Shown in pieces: positions 40,525 through 50,328 of a stretch of 64,000 bases of DNA (position 1 is its first letter; each line of letters begins with the position of its first letter). The notes beneath the pieces are model-generated. The model was not told the origin of the DNA, ran no database searches, and saw nothing but the letters and a program-made list of their open reading frames with translations. Source of the stretch: a virus (Duplodnaviria > Caudoviricetes); IMG/VR virus record IMGVR_UViG_3300027842_000093, positions 1 through 64,000 of that record. One strand, given 5' to 3'. The position numbers and the translations under genes were made by a program.

Positions 40525-41010
40525 ATGACAACAGCTTGGGGACAGTTTAGAAATTTTATAAACTCCAAAGAGGTTGGATACACTTTTACCCGTCAGAAGT
40601 TGTTTGATTCCCTTCGCGCACTCAATCCCGCAACAATAGATGGGTACCGCTGTCTAGCACAGCAAGCCAAGTTTGTTGAGCGCGTTGGCCGTGGGCGATA
40701 TAAAATTGCAAATCATTTACCTGAAGGTTTAACAATGGGTTCCTTGTTTGCATTGTTGAGAGGTGACAATCTCACGTACATAGAAGAGATTCAAAAGCAA
40801 AAAGAGTTAAACGTAATTAAACAACAATTTAATAAAGACCGTAGAGAAGTGTTGAAGCATTTAATTGTTCAAATCTCACAGCACATTCCATATGCCGAAG
40901 CCATAGAATCTTCTGCGTTTGGTTTGAAACAACTAATCCGTAGCTGGAAATGGGAATTGAGTAAAGAAAAGAATCCAACAAAAAATTGGAGTGAAAGGAG
41001 AAATAAATGA
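40525..41010 (+). CDS. winged-helix-like protein with internal DNL tag
   Basis: TIDGYRC...VERVGRGRYK...RGDNLTYIEEIQKQKEL. Confidence 0.55.
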   Translation: MTTAWGQFRNFINSKEVGYTFTRQKLFDSLRALNPATIDGYRCLAQQAKFVERVGRGRYKIANHLPEGLTMGSLFALLRGDNLTYIEEIQKQKELNVIKQQFNKDRREVLKHLIVQISQHIPYAEAIESSAFGLKQLIRSWKWELSKEKNPTKNWSERRNK

Positions 41011-41463
41011 TAAACTTGTTACTGTCTTCTAATGTGCTCTTGCTGCTCTCTACCCTCGTATTGTTGAGGCGCGATAGATTGGTAAGGGTAGCGCGTAAAC
41101 AACACAAACGATTGCCGAGATAAATAATGGAAACATCTGCGATCAATTTAACTGGAACTCCGGGTTTCTGGACATTTGTTTTTGTTCACCCCTGTCTATC
41201 ATTCTTCGCTTTTTGTTTTTTAGTATGGGCTTTCTTTGGCACCATCACAGATATTTTAATTGCATGGAGCAAAAGGAAATAATGGACAAAGTAGAAAGAG
41301 CAATTTTTCTTAAGTTTTTGAATTACAGTATTGTTACAATGAACTGGTTTGTTAGGCGCGTTGAAAAGAAATACGCCAGTGAGCTTGACCCCGAACAAGT
41401 TGCAGAGGTTAAAGAATTATTGAAAAAGTTAGAGGTAGAAAGAGACGGACTGGAGCACGAAGA

Positions 41464-41898
41464 GTGAAGCTTTTCATTGACGACTATCGCTCCGAACCAG
41501 AAGGTTGGCACTTAGCCAAGACGATTACGGAAGCAGTTCGTATTCTTTCTGGGCCTATTTATGCCGAGGCGATATCTTTGGACCACGACATCATATTTCG
41601 TGAAGGCAAGCACGGCTTTTCTGAAGAGACCTTTGCCACAGTTGCTCGTTATATTGCTGTCATGCCAAAAGAAAAATTACCTAAGATTGTGTATGTACAC
41701 ACAGCAAATCCGAAAGGTGCAAACAACATTTTGGAAATTCTTAAGGATGTTGTTCCCACTGTGAATATTGAAAATGATGGACATTTCAATACAACTGGCG
41801 ACTACTCTGGTGATATTAATTACAAGGGGATATTGATAAAATTAGAGCAGGAACGTGAGAAGCAAGAACAGGAACATAAATTTGAAGGGGAGTTTTAA
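41464..41898 (+). CDS. cyclic-phosphate processing receiver-like domain protein
   Basis: KLFIDDYR, ISLDHD, VHTANPKG. Confidence 0.7.
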   Translation: MKLFIDDYRSEPEGWHLAKTITEAVRILSGPIYAEAISLDHDIIFREGKHGFSEETFATVARYIAVMPKEKLPKIVYVHTANPKGANNILEILKDVVPTVNIENDGHFNTTGDYSGDINYKGILIKLEQEREKQEQEHKFEGEF

Positions 41899-41936
41899 AA
41901 GTAGCTGAAGTCTGGTATACTTAATATTGGAGAATC

Positions 41937-42347
41937 ATGAGCCTGTTCGAAACACTATTTGAAACATTTATTTGGGGAGTGTTTGGAACAACCTTTATTG
42001 TGGGAATTGGGGCAGCTATTTTTACTTTGTTTAAATACCCACTCATCTTCTTGGGTCTGGTTGGGTTCTTCACATTCGTTTTATTTGTAGGTTGGTGCAT
42101 CCTTCACTACAATAACTTTTGCGAGTTGTTCAGCAGGAGAGCGGATAAAAATGCTCCCGTTCCGTCTTATGGGAATACAACGCTCGGTAAGTTGAGCAGA
42201 CTCGAAAACAAATATCGAATAACCACCGTAGAATTTATGAGCTTTGCTTCGCGGGATTTGATGCCGTATGGGATGGACAACTTGGATTACTTGGAATGGG
42301 TTTCGCTCGTAAACGAATTGCCCTCTATAATCCAATGGGAGGCGTAA
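41937..42347 (+). CDS. two-TM membrane protein with DNL tag
   Basis: Two TM segments; LENKYRITTVEF...GMDNLDYLEWVSLVNEL. Extended -10 TGGTATACT lies just upstream. Confidence 0.6.
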   Translation: MSLFETLFETFIWGVFGTTFIVGIGAAIFTLFKYPLIFLGLVGFFTFVLFVGWCILHYNNFCELFSRRADKNAPVPSYGNTTLGKLSRLENKYRITTVEFMSFASRDLMPYGMDNLDYLEWVSLVNELPSIIQWEA

Positions 42348-43018
42348 TGAATAAAATTACGGTATTTGTTCTCGGTGCTATGTTTGGTGAAATTACAATG
42401 CTTCCCGCTATCGCACACATTATAAACACGCCAGTGGTAAGAGCAGAAATAGTACCCAATTGTTATGAGCTTGTACAGCAAACGTTTGTACACGAAATTA
42501 AGAACGTCAAGAATTTTCAGGGGAAGGTCAGCACTTTAAAGATTCATTTAGTTAATCCACAATCCCTTCAAAAGATTTACGAGGATAGGTTTGGAGAAGA
42601 TGATAGTGTTGGTACAATTATGGGTTTCTACGATGACAAAACAAACGAGATATTTTGCGTCTACGACGCTAATGTCCTTTCACACGAGTTGAAACACGTA
42701 TTCGAAGGTTCTTGGCACAGATAGGAGAAAACGATGAGTGAAGATACAGACCAGGATTTGGCTTGCGCTGGAATTGACGACGGTTATGAAAGTGTATTCG
42801 AAGAACGGTTTAAACCCAGGCAGCAGTTCTTTTATGTTGTGTTGCAAGACAACACAGGAAAGATTGTAGATATTGGACACTACAACGATTATGAAGTAGC
42901 TTTGATGCGCGGAATGGACAAAGCTAAAGAGACTGGAACTCAGTGGAGTATATTTTCACTGGCAGGGAAATTTGTTGATGGAAATTTTGTTGGAAAATAA
43001 AAATAAAGGAGAATTAAA

Positions 43019-43366
43019 ATGCCTGAAAGACCGTTAGGACCAGCAGACTGGCTAAAGAAAACAGTTACAGACTTTGACAAAGCAAACGCACCAGCAGTTG
43101 AAGAAGTAAAGAAAGAGTTGGTTGAGGAAGTTGTAAGGCTTGACCCAGCAGCACCAAAGGTTGAAGAGCCAGTTAAGGTTGAAGAGCCAGTTAAGGTTGA
43201 AGAAAAAGCTACGCCTGTTCCTCCAGCCGCTGAGGTTGCCCCAGAACTTAACAACGCTCCCACTTCAACAGTGCCGCCAGCCGTTGCTTCACCAGCACCA
43301 GTTGTGACGCCAGCACCAACAGTTCCACCAGTTGCTTCAGTTTCACCGACAACGCCACTGAAGTAA
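43019..43366 (+). CDS. Pro/Ala/Val/Glu-rich low-complexity protein
   Basis: KVEEPV repeats and PAV/PAPT tail; AAGGAG RBS. Confidence 0.65.
   Translation: MPERPLGPADWLKKTVTDFDKANAPAVEEVKKELVEEVVRLDPAAPKVEEPVKVEEPVKVEEKATPVPPAAEVAPELNNAPTSTVPPAVASPAPVVTPAPTVPPVASVSPTTPLK
43157..43203 (+). repeat. 18-nt in-frame tandem repeat (about 2.6 copies)
   Basis: AAGGTTGAAGAGCCAGTT twice, plus AAGGTTGAAGA. Confidence 0.85.
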
Positions 43367-43489
43367 GGGAAGTAAACATGCATGATGTGTGGTTGGCTGT
43401 TTGGGACCTGCTTAAAACAACCCTCATAGCTACGCCATTAATTATCGTAGGTGCTTTGGTAATGACTGCCATTTGTTCGTGGCCGCTCG

Positions 43490-43681
43490 ATGATTGATAT
43501 TATTTGTAGGTGTGGACATAGTAAAAATGTTCATCAGCGCTTAGGTAATGAAGAGTATGGTGCCACAATGTGTCTTGCGGCAGGACCTGATACATTGGTT
43601 CAAGATTGTCCATGTTATGAATATACACCAGACAATCTTCTTCACATTGAGCAAATGGCAAAGGAACGAAAGTTGACATGA
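43490..43681 (+). CDS. DNL-tag family small CxCGH protein
   Basis: MIDIICRCGHSKNVH...CPCYEYTPDNLLHIEQMAKERKLT. Confidence 0.8.
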   Translation: MIDIICRCGHSKNVHQRLGNEEYGATMCLAAGPDTLVQDCPCYEYTPDNLLHIEQMAKERKLT

Positions 43682-43854
43682 TTGATATTCCTTGCACATG
43701 TAAGCACAAAAATACGGAGCATTATAAACCGCCAAAAGCTACAACTTATTCGTCTTGTTGGTTTTGTGCGTTAGCGGGTAACTGGTGTGCTCAGTATGTA
43801 CCAGACAACTTATCTTACGTAGAACAACTGGCAAAGGAGAAGAATTTGATATGA
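43678..43854 (+). CDS. DNL-tag family small protein (not in the ORF track)
   Basis: Manual translation: MIDIPCTCKHKNTEH...CWFC...CAQYVPDNLSYVEQLAKEKNLI. Confidence 0.8.
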   Translation: MIDIPCTCKHKNTEHYKPPKATTYSSCWFCALAGNWCAQYVPDNLSYVEQLAKEKNLI

Positions 43855-44150
43855 AGATTGATTATTCAAAATGGTATTTTACCCCAACATCAAATGGGCA
43901 GTATTTTTCTGGGCTACTTAAAATATTCAACCCGGCAGAAAATATTGAACTGAGCCACTACGTTTATGGAAGTAAGGGCTCTTTGGACCCAACTGATGAC
44001 CCATTAAAACATATCAAAGAAGTATGTAAGCTAGAAATAAGAAACTGGTACCTTAATCGAGAATACGATAAACTGGTTGACCAAAAGATACCAATTGAAG
44101 ATAATCTGGATTACGTTGAGAATGAAGCAGAGAAACGAGGGTTGATTTGA
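43851..44150 (+). CDS. hypothetical protein with DNL tag
   Basis: Ends PIEDNLDYVENEAEKRGLI. Confidence 0.7.
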   Translation: MKIDYSKWYFTPTSNGQYFSGLLKIFNPAENIELSHYVYGSKGSLDPTDDPLKHIKEVCKLEIRNWYLNREYDKLVDQKIPIEDNLDYVENEAEKRGLI

Positions 44151-44319
44151 CAGAACCTTTCCATCTCGACCTTAAAGGTTGTGTGAAAAGCAAAGGAGTT
44201 ATTTGCATTCCTTTGCCAGAGCTTATTAAATTGTTTGAGAAGTTCCCGTATCACATGGGCAAACAATACAAAGAGTTTCTGGAACAGGCGAACGTATCGG
44301 ATAAAATTGAGGAGACAAA

Positions 44320-44628
44320 ATGAAAAGATTAATTTTAATATTGGCGATGTTTGGACTACCTACATTGGTACACGCAAATATGACAGGACAAGAATTACAT
44401 TGGCAACTTTCTGTGCCTCTGGACGGGATGCCGTGGGTTATTGGACATGCAGAAGGATACATTGATGGAGTAATTTCTGCTGCTTTAGGATGTCCTTCTG
44501 GAAAACATTTAACATCAGGACAAGCATGGCAGATAGTTCAAAACTATTTGGAAGCACATCCAGAAGAGTGGCATAAAGAAGCAGCCCTTCTTATTAAAGA
44601 AGCTTTAGATCCACTATGTAAATATTAG
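44320..44628 (+). CDS. Rap1a/Tai-like immunity-fold secreted protein
   Basis: Signal peptide; MTGQEL...GYIDGV...CP...TSGQAWQIVQNYLEAHPEEWHKEAALLIKEAL...C. Confidence 0.65.
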   Translation: MKRLILILAMFGLPTLVHANMTGQELHWQLSVPLDGMPWVIGHAEGYIDGVISAALGCPSGKHLTSGQAWQIVQNYLEAHPEEWHKEAALLIKEALDPLCKY

Positions 44629-44640
44629 GAGGTAATTAGA

Positions 44641-45171
44641 ATGCGAGCATATCTTTCGGGCAGTATGGCCGGACGATTTACCCAGGAAGTCCAGGCAGAA
44701 CGCGCTGAAGCTTCTGCTGCCTTGGCAAAGATTGGTGTACGCGCTGCCGATCCTGCTGCGGCTGAATCACAGCTTTGGGGCCGACACGTAAAGTCTCGTG
44801 TCTCCACAAAGTTCAAATATAAAATTATAGAAGCAATGGTGAAACGCGATCTTTGGTTGATTCGCCGTTGCGATATTGTGTTGGTTCTTACTGGCGATCA
44901 AGTAAGTGATGGAACGTGGCAAGAATGGTGTTACGCTAACATGATGGGCATCCCTGTTGTTATGATTGCCCCCAAACGGCACAAAGGAGAGCTTTCGGGT
45001 TGGGCCAATGTTACGATACCAAGGGGAAATATTGTACCGAATCTCAAAGCTGCTTGCAACCTGATTAAACGCAGGTATCTAAAAGAAGATGCACAATTCA
45101 AAGCGTATTTCAATGCTTCAATCAAAAACGCCAACAGAAACATTAAGAACGGGAAGCGAAAAAAGCATTGA
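44641..45171 (+). CDS. nucleoside 2-deoxyribosyltransferase-like / nucleotide N-hydrolase
   Basis: AYLSGSM, RDLWLIRRCDIVLV, SDGTWQE, GIPVV. Confidence 0.75.
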   Translation: MRAYLSGSMAGRFTQEVQAERAEASAALAKIGVRAADPAAAESQLWGRHVKSRVSTKFKYKIIEAMVKRDLWLIRRCDIVLVLTGDQVSDGTWQEWCYANMMGIPVVMIAPKRHKGELSGWANVTIPRGNIVPNLKAACNLIKRRYLKEDAQFKAYFNASIKNANRNIKNGKRKKH

Positions 45172-45196
45172 CAATTGGCAGCAAATCTGTTATAAT
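45168..45196 (+). promoter_or_regulatory. consensus sigma70 promoter
   Basis: TTGACA-N17-TATAAT with TG; ATG at 45205. Confidence 0.85.
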
Positions 45197-45204
45197 TAAA
45201 GTGT

Positions 45205-45426
45205 ATGAAGATTAAAGCCACACACCTCTGTCGTTGTGGACACGCTGCGTGGAACCATACCCATGGGGTTTTTAATGGGGAAGAGTGCGTTGCTGATTTT
45301 AGAAAAGTTAGAAATAACGATAAAAATCCAAAAGGTTGTAGCAAATGTTATATAAGCTGTAAAAAGTTTCAATTGCCCAACTTCGACCTTGTTGAATATT
45401 TAGCTGAGAAGAGGGGATTAGTGTGA
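45205..45426 (+). CDS. DNL-tag family small CxCGH protein (variant)
   Basis: CRCGHAAWNH...FQLPNFDLVEYLAEKRGLV. Confidence 0.75.
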   Translation: MKIKATHLCRCGHAAWNHTHGVFNGEECVADFRKVRNNDKNPKGCSKCYISCKKFQLPNFDLVEYLAEKRGLV

Positions 45427-45880
45427 GTGACGATAAAGATAACATTCGCGTTGACCTCTTAAAATTCCGCCGCAAGGCGTACCTCACTTATCCTGTGGGA
45501 AGTGAGGAACGGAAGATTTTCTTGAAAGCCGTCCTCAAACACGAATTGATGTTAACGGAAAGGGACGTTCCCCAGGACCTCATCAACCTTATTATCGAAG
45601 GTGGACAGGTTGTGTTCTGGGATTCAATGAAGCATTTTCTTCTTTGGCTTGGAGCATCTACTGTGTGTGGCGGTATTTTTGCTTGGCTGTATACTCTGCG
45701 TATATTTATGGGGTTCGGCTTTCTTTTTTTCGGAGTGGGGTGCCTCACTATCGCAGTCCAATACCTTTACGAGTATTGGCGGTATTGCAAGAGTTTAAAG
45801 ACAGTCAAAAAGTATTCGAATGATATGCAACAATATATAAATAAAATATCGAATGACATTAAGAGATTGGAAGGACCACG

Positions 45881-47098
45881 ATGAATACCGTTGAACAGTT
45901 TACGCAACTCATACTTGATTGTCAACCAATTGACCTTTACGACTTTAAAGAAGTCGTAGGCGAACTTTTACCGTTAGAAGATTGTCAACAAGATCCGCAG
46001 TGGCACGGAGAAAAATCGGTCCTGGCACATACCAATCTTGTGATGAAAGAGACGCTTGAGCAGATGCAAAACCTCCGCCAAGGTTTCCCAAGGATTGCTT
46101 TGTATATTGCAGCTTTGTTACACGATGTGGGGAAACCAGATACGGCCAAGTTAAAAACCAATGGACATAATTCGTTCCATGGGCACGAGAAAGCGGGTGT
46201 GTGGAGAGCAAAAGAATTCCTGAAGAAATATTTCCCACAATTTAATTTTAGACAGCGGGACTTGATTCTGAATCTCGTTGAGTATCACGGCCACCCCAAG
46301 AGAATGATTGAGGATGGTTCACAGGATGATAGGTTCAAGCGCCTGTCCCTTGAAGTGCCAACTCATCTTGTTTACAACCTGGAGATTGCCGACTTCAAAG
46401 GTCGAATCGCCAACGATATTCCAAAGTCCTTGATTGTCCTTGACCAATTCAAGAAAAAGTGTGAGGACCTTGATATTTATGGGAAAGCGTACCAGATTCC
46501 CAATTCGAAGGAATTAACAAACCTCCAGTATTCTATTTTCAGATGGAACATTCTAATGCACCACGATGAAGATACTAATCAAAAAGAGATTGACAGAGTT
46601 ATCAAATTGACTGATAGACCGAATCCTTTGGAGCTTACTTTATTGGTTGGTTGCCCCGGTTCCGGGAAGACAACCTATCGAAACACATTGACAAATAGCA
46701 ACGTTATTTCTATGGATGACGAAAGGCAACGTCTTTGTGGCACCCCCAACGATATGTCTAGAAATCAAGAGGTTTTTAATAACTGCTTCAGAGAACTTAA
46801 CAAGAATATGAAGGCAGGTGAAAATGTCGTTTGGGACGCAACCTCTTACAGCCGCAAAGCCCGTAAACCCCTCCTAGAATCGGCTAGGAACCACGGAGCC
46901 AAGGTCAACCTCATCTACTGGGACCTCGCCATAGAAACCCTCTTAAAACGAAACGCTGAGCGTGAGAAGGTGGTTCCAGAGGACATTGTGTGGCGGTTTT
47001 ATAAAACAATTGAAACCCCGGCATCTTACGAGTACGATCAGCTTTTCGTATTTGATGACAAAGAGCAGGATTATGAAAAAGGAGAAAAAGCAACCTGA
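45881..47098 (+). CDS. HD-domain + P-loop polynucleotide kinase (AAA_33) fusion
   Basis: QDPQWHGE..V..HT, ALLHDVGKP, FHGHE; LVGCPGSGKTT, VVWDATS...RK, RNAERE. Confidence 0.85.
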   Translation: MNTVEQFTQLILDCQPIDLYDFKEVVGELLPLEDCQQDPQWHGEKSVLAHTNLVMKETLEQMQNLRQGFPRIALYIAALLHDVGKPDTAKLKTNGHNSFHGHEKAGVWRAKEFLKKYFPQFNFRQRDLILNLVEYHGHPKRMIEDGSQDDRFKRLSLEVPTHLVYNLEIADFKGRIANDIPKSLIVLDQFKKKCEDLDIYGKAYQIPNSKELTNLQYSIFRWNILMHHDEDTNQKEIDRVIKLTDRPNPLELTLLVGCPGSGKTTYRNTLTNSNVISMDDERQRLCGTPNDMSRNQEVFNNCFRELNKNMKAGENVVWDATSYSRKARKPLLESARNHGAKVNLIYWDLAIETLLKRNAEREKVVPEDIVWRFYKTIETPASYEYDQLFVFDDKEQDYEKGEKAT

Positions 47099-47393
47099 AG
47101 TAGTCGAGTGGAGCGATTTGAAGGTGGGAGATTTTATTGAAAGCAACTTCAATAGAATGTTTTGCTTTACACGAAATAGTTCAGGGCCTTCTTGTTTGGG
47201 TAACAGCAAATGGAGAGAAGAAAAGCCTCCAATTGCTTATGTAGGTAGTGGCATTGTAGAATATACACGAATGAAACCCACTAAACCTTTTATAAAATTG
47301 TGCAAACGGCTGTTGGATTTGAATCTGAAAGAATACCATTTGGACAATCTCTCTTACGTTGAAGCTCTTGCAGCGCTAAAGAAATATGATTGA
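47073..47393 (+). CDS. SH3/KOW-like protein with DNL tag
   Basis: DLKVGDFI...YHLDNLSYVEALAALKKYD. Confidence 0.7.
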   Translation: MKKEKKQPEVVEWSDLKVGDFIESNFNRMFCFTRNSSGPSCLGNSKWREEKPPIAYVGSGIVEYTRMKPTKPFIKLCKRLLDLNLKEYHLDNLSYVEALAALKKYD

Positions 47394-47568
47394 GTATTGT
47401 TATTGTGGGCACAACATAAATGAACATGACGGGTGGGAGGGAGAACCAACGGGTTGTACGTATAGTGTTGAGATTGCTCACGGTACTCAATGTTGTTATT
47501 GCTCAGAATTCAAATTAGATAATCTTAAATTCGTAGAAGACCTTGCCAAACAAAAGCATCTATTATGA
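47386..47568 (+). CDS. DNL-tag family small CxCGH protein
   Basis: CYCGHNINEH...CYCSEFKLDNLKFVEDLAKQKHLL. Confidence 0.8.
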   Translation: MIEYCYCGHNINEHDGWEGEPTGCTYSVEIAHGTQCCYCSEFKLDNLKFVEDLAKQKHLL

Positions 47569-47852
47569 CACCAATCAATGAAGTGCCAGTAGGAAAGTTT
47601 TGTAGATTTGACGGGAATGTTGTTTATGTCCACAAGAATAATTTTAAGGATACTTACGCATTGATTCCCATAGTAGGATCAGTCCCACGAGATAAAAATT
47701 GGGATCATCGTGTGTATGTTTACAAACGGATACAGAAGTCATGGGTAGAAGATGCAAAGAAATGGATGGATGAGTTACTTGAATATGGGCAAAGAATAGA
47801 CAACCTCACCTACATCGAGAACCTAGCTATTTTAAAATCGTATGGAATTTAA
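47565..47852 (+). CDS. hypothetical protein with DNL tag
   Basis: RIDNLTYIENLAILKSYGI. Confidence 0.7.
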   Translation: MTPINEVPVGKFCRFDGNVVYVHKNNFKDTYALIPIVGSVPRDKNWDHRVYVYKRIQKSWVEDAKKWMDELLEYGQRIDNLTYIENLAILKSYGI

Positions 47853-48225
47853 ACCAGGAGATATTTTATACCGTAAGTATTCAGATAAGAACGATTTGTA
47901 TTGCGTTCTTGCGATTACGAAAGGGCCGTTTAACATCGGTCCCAATGTTAAATTAATTCGCATGGTTGGATATTATTCAATTACTCGCACACCTACCGTC
48001 ATTGACAGTGAAGTAAGCACCTCTATTGAAGAATGGTACATAAAGGCGGATTTGAATAATTACGACATTAAAGATAAATTTTTGAAGAAGATAAAAGAGT
48101 ACTTAATCGATAACCTTGGCAAGACAATTCATTACGATTTAATACTGGACAACTTGTTGTACATTGAAATCCTAGTAGCGTTGAAAAAGTACGAAACAAG
48201 TGATATAGTTGAATCTGAAGAGTAA
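47842..48225 (+). CDS. SH3/KOW-like protein with DNL tag
   Basis: FKPGDIL...ILDNLLYIEILVALKKYE. Confidence 0.7.
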   Translation: MEFKPGDILYRKYSDKNDLYCVLAITKGPFNIGPNVKLIRMVGYYSITRTPTVIDSEVSTSIEEWYIKADLNNYDIKDKFLKKIKEYLIDNLGKTIHYDLILDNLLYIEILVALKKYETSDIVESEE

Positions 48226-48330
48226 TTTGTCCTTAACCGTAAGCCGTTGACGTTTCTTATACACTACTTAAGTTTCTTTTCTTTAAATTATTTTAGGGTA
48301 GATTACGGTCAAGACTAGCAGGAGACAATT

Positions 48331-48825
48331 TTGTTTCACAAGCCGTCTTACATGAAATCGTACAACAATTTTTATTACAAGAACAACAAAAGACGAATTT
48401 TGGTTAACAAACAGTTGAAACGAATGCAAGGGTATTTTACCTTAAATGGGCACCTGGAACCTATCCATGATGCTATCAGGCGTTATGCTTCCCAGTGGAA
48501 GATTCCAATTGATACGCTCAAAAAGTTTAGGCGTTGGGCTTTGATGGATTCTGCATACGAAGAATTATTTAAAGCTTGGGAAGAGGCTTCCTTTCCCAAG
48601 GAGCTTACCCCAATCGTAATGCGTCGAGTTAAGAAGCAAGGGTTTGTAATTGATAATTTGTATTGGTCCACGAAGAAGCAACATAGTTGGTGGTCTGGTG
48701 AAATTGATAAGCTGAATGTTTTGCGTAAAGAGATGGAGAAGAGACAGATTAAAAATAACGAAGCAGATGAAGATGAACAGCAAGAGATGCTTGGCAGGTT
48801 GAAGGCCAAGAGGAAAAGTAAGTGA
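48331..48825 (+). CDS. hypothetical protein
   Basis: 164-aa ORF with AGGAG RBS, upstream of the DnaC-like gene. Confidence 0.55.
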   Translation: MFHKPSYMKSYNNFYYKNNKRRILVNKQLKRMQGYFTLNGHLEPIHDAIRRYASQWKIPIDTLKKFRRWALMDSAYEELFKAWEEASFPKELTPIVMRRVKKQGFVIDNLYWSTKKQHSWWSGEIDKLNVLRKEMEKRQIKNNEADEDEQQEMLGRLKAKRKSK

Positions 48826-49022
48826 ACATCCCGCTCGATACAAAGTGTGGAAAATGTTTACATACAAAATCATGCCATCAATTTTCTCTTGGAGGGAAAA
48901 TAATTATTTCAAGTTGCTACAAATGTGTAAATCCACATACACTATTTGAAAATTGCCCAAAATTTATTTTAGATAATTTAACTTTAGTAGAACTTTTAGC
49001 AAAAGAAAAGAACCTTATATGA
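48822..49022 (+). CDS. DNL-tag family Cys/His protein
   Basis: CGKCLHTKSCH...CPKFILDNLTLVELLAKEKNLI. Confidence 0.8.
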   Translation: MNIPLDTKCGKCLHTKSCHQFSLGGKIIISSCYKCVNPHTLFENCPKFILDNLTLVELLAKEKNLI

Positions 49023-49648
49023 TCCGCGCTAGAATCAACGAAGAGCCATTTGAATATAAAAATGCTTCTTTAAATTCCTACGCTTTCTCTCAAGAATCTG
49101 TAAAGATTTTACCAGTACTTAAGACCTTCTCCAATCGTGTAGAATCGATGTCCAAGGGCCTTAATATCTTCCTTTGGTCGTCTAATAACGGAGCGGGTAA
49201 GACATACCTCTCTTATGCAATTCTCAGGCAGGTTAGAGAATTCGATCAACCCCTATGGCAAAGAGAGAATGGAAACATCCTACCCTTTGGCAATGTCAAA
49301 ACTATGGCGATTAATTTCAAACATTTCGTAGATCTCTGCAAGACATTCGACGACGGTGCAAAGAAATACCAGGAAGCTCTTTACAATGCCGACTATCTTT
49401 TGATTGATGAAGTATCCTCGAATATGCTTTCACAGAATCCCCATGAGGATAAACGGCAACTATTGGTCGTATTGGATGATAGGTTGTCTGAGTTTCGTCC
49501 AACGATTATCACAAGCAACAATTCACCTGAAGAGTTTCTAAATGCTTTTGGTCCTAATATTTATTCCAGGCTGCAATCCCGAACAGAATTTATTGAGGTT
49601 CCAGGAAAGGATATGAGGCCAATTTTAAAGATGGTAGAAGATGAATAA
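49019..49648 (+). CDS. DnaC/IstB-like ATPase (helicase loader)
   Basis: SNNGAGKTYL, LLIDEV, PTIITSN, IYSRL, GKDMR. Confidence 0.85.
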   Translation: MIRARINEEPFEYKNASLNSYAFSQESVKILPVLKTFSNRVESMSKGLNIFLWSSNNGAGKTYLSYAILRQVREFDQPLWQRENGNILPFGNVKTMAINFKHFVDLCKTFDDGAKKYQEALYNADYLLIDEVSSNMLSQNPHEDKRQLLVVLDDRLSEFRPTIITSNNSPEEFLNAFGPNIYSRLQSRTEFIEVPGKDMRPILKMVEDE

Positions 49649-49832
49649 TGCAGATATTTTGTGTAAGTGTGGTCATGTACAACGCATTCATACGCATTGG
49701 AATATGAATAATCTTGAGTGCGATGGTTGGATTAACGATGGGTTAGAAATGTGTGAATGTGAATGTAAGGAATTTGATCAGGACAATCTCTCCTATATTG
49801 AAGCTCTGGCAAAACAAAAAGATTTAGTGTGA
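49641..49832 (+). CDS. DNL-tag family small CxCGH protein
   Basis: DILCKCGHVQRIH...CECKEFDQDNLSYIEALAKQKDLV. Confidence 0.8.
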   Translation: MNNADILCKCGHVQRIHTHWNMNNLECDGWINDGLEMCECECKEFDQDNLSYIEALAKQKDLV

Positions 49833-50029
49833 AGAACGATATTATTTGTCAATGTGGACACGAAAAGAAATACCATGGTAAAGTGGATGCACCGATATGG
49901 GATGAATGGTGTAATGGTGGTAGAGTAAATGCAAGTCCGACGGATGATGGCGTATGTGTTTGTTGTTCGTACATTCCAGACAACCTCCTACACATTGAAA
50001 TGATGGCAAAGAAAAAAGGACTGGTATGA
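49829..50029 (+). CDS. DNL-tag family small CxCGH protein
   Basis: DIICQCGHEKKYH...CVCCSYIPDNLLHIEMMAKKKGLV. Confidence 0.8.
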   Translation: MKNDIICQCGHEKKYHGKVDAPIWDEWCNGGRVNASPTDDGVCVCCSYIPDNLLHIEMMAKKKGLV

Positions 50030-50328
50030 ACCTACATAAGCTTTTCCGTCAATTATTTGAACTCCCAGATAAAGATAGCTACGAAGTTTTTGAATTCCTT
50101 GAGAAAGTAAGGGATGCTCGAACTGAGTTTGAAAACACAGGTACAGAATTTACATACGAACGATTCAAGCAATGGTTCCAAAAAGTGTACATAAATCGTT
50201 ACAATCCACCTCATCCTCCATACGTTAAATTGTTGAAGATTATTGAGGGCGACAATTTGGATATTATCGAAGATGCTGCTGAAGAGAAAGGACTGATTCC
50301 AAAGGAACAGGATGAAGAACCCAAGTAA
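50026..50328 (+). CDS. helical protein with DNL tag
   Basis: MNLHKLF...IIEGDNLDIIEDAAEEKGLI. Confidence 0.7.
   Translation: MNLHKLFRQLFELPDKDSYEVFEFLEKVRDARTEFENTGTEFTYERFKQWFQKVYINRYNPPHPPYVKLLKIIEGDNLDIIEDAAEEKGLIPKEQDEEPK

Noticed and set aside
43157-43203. 18-nt tandem repeat as iterons or a mini-array
   Set aside because: It is an in-frame KVEEPV repeat inside a low-complexity protein.
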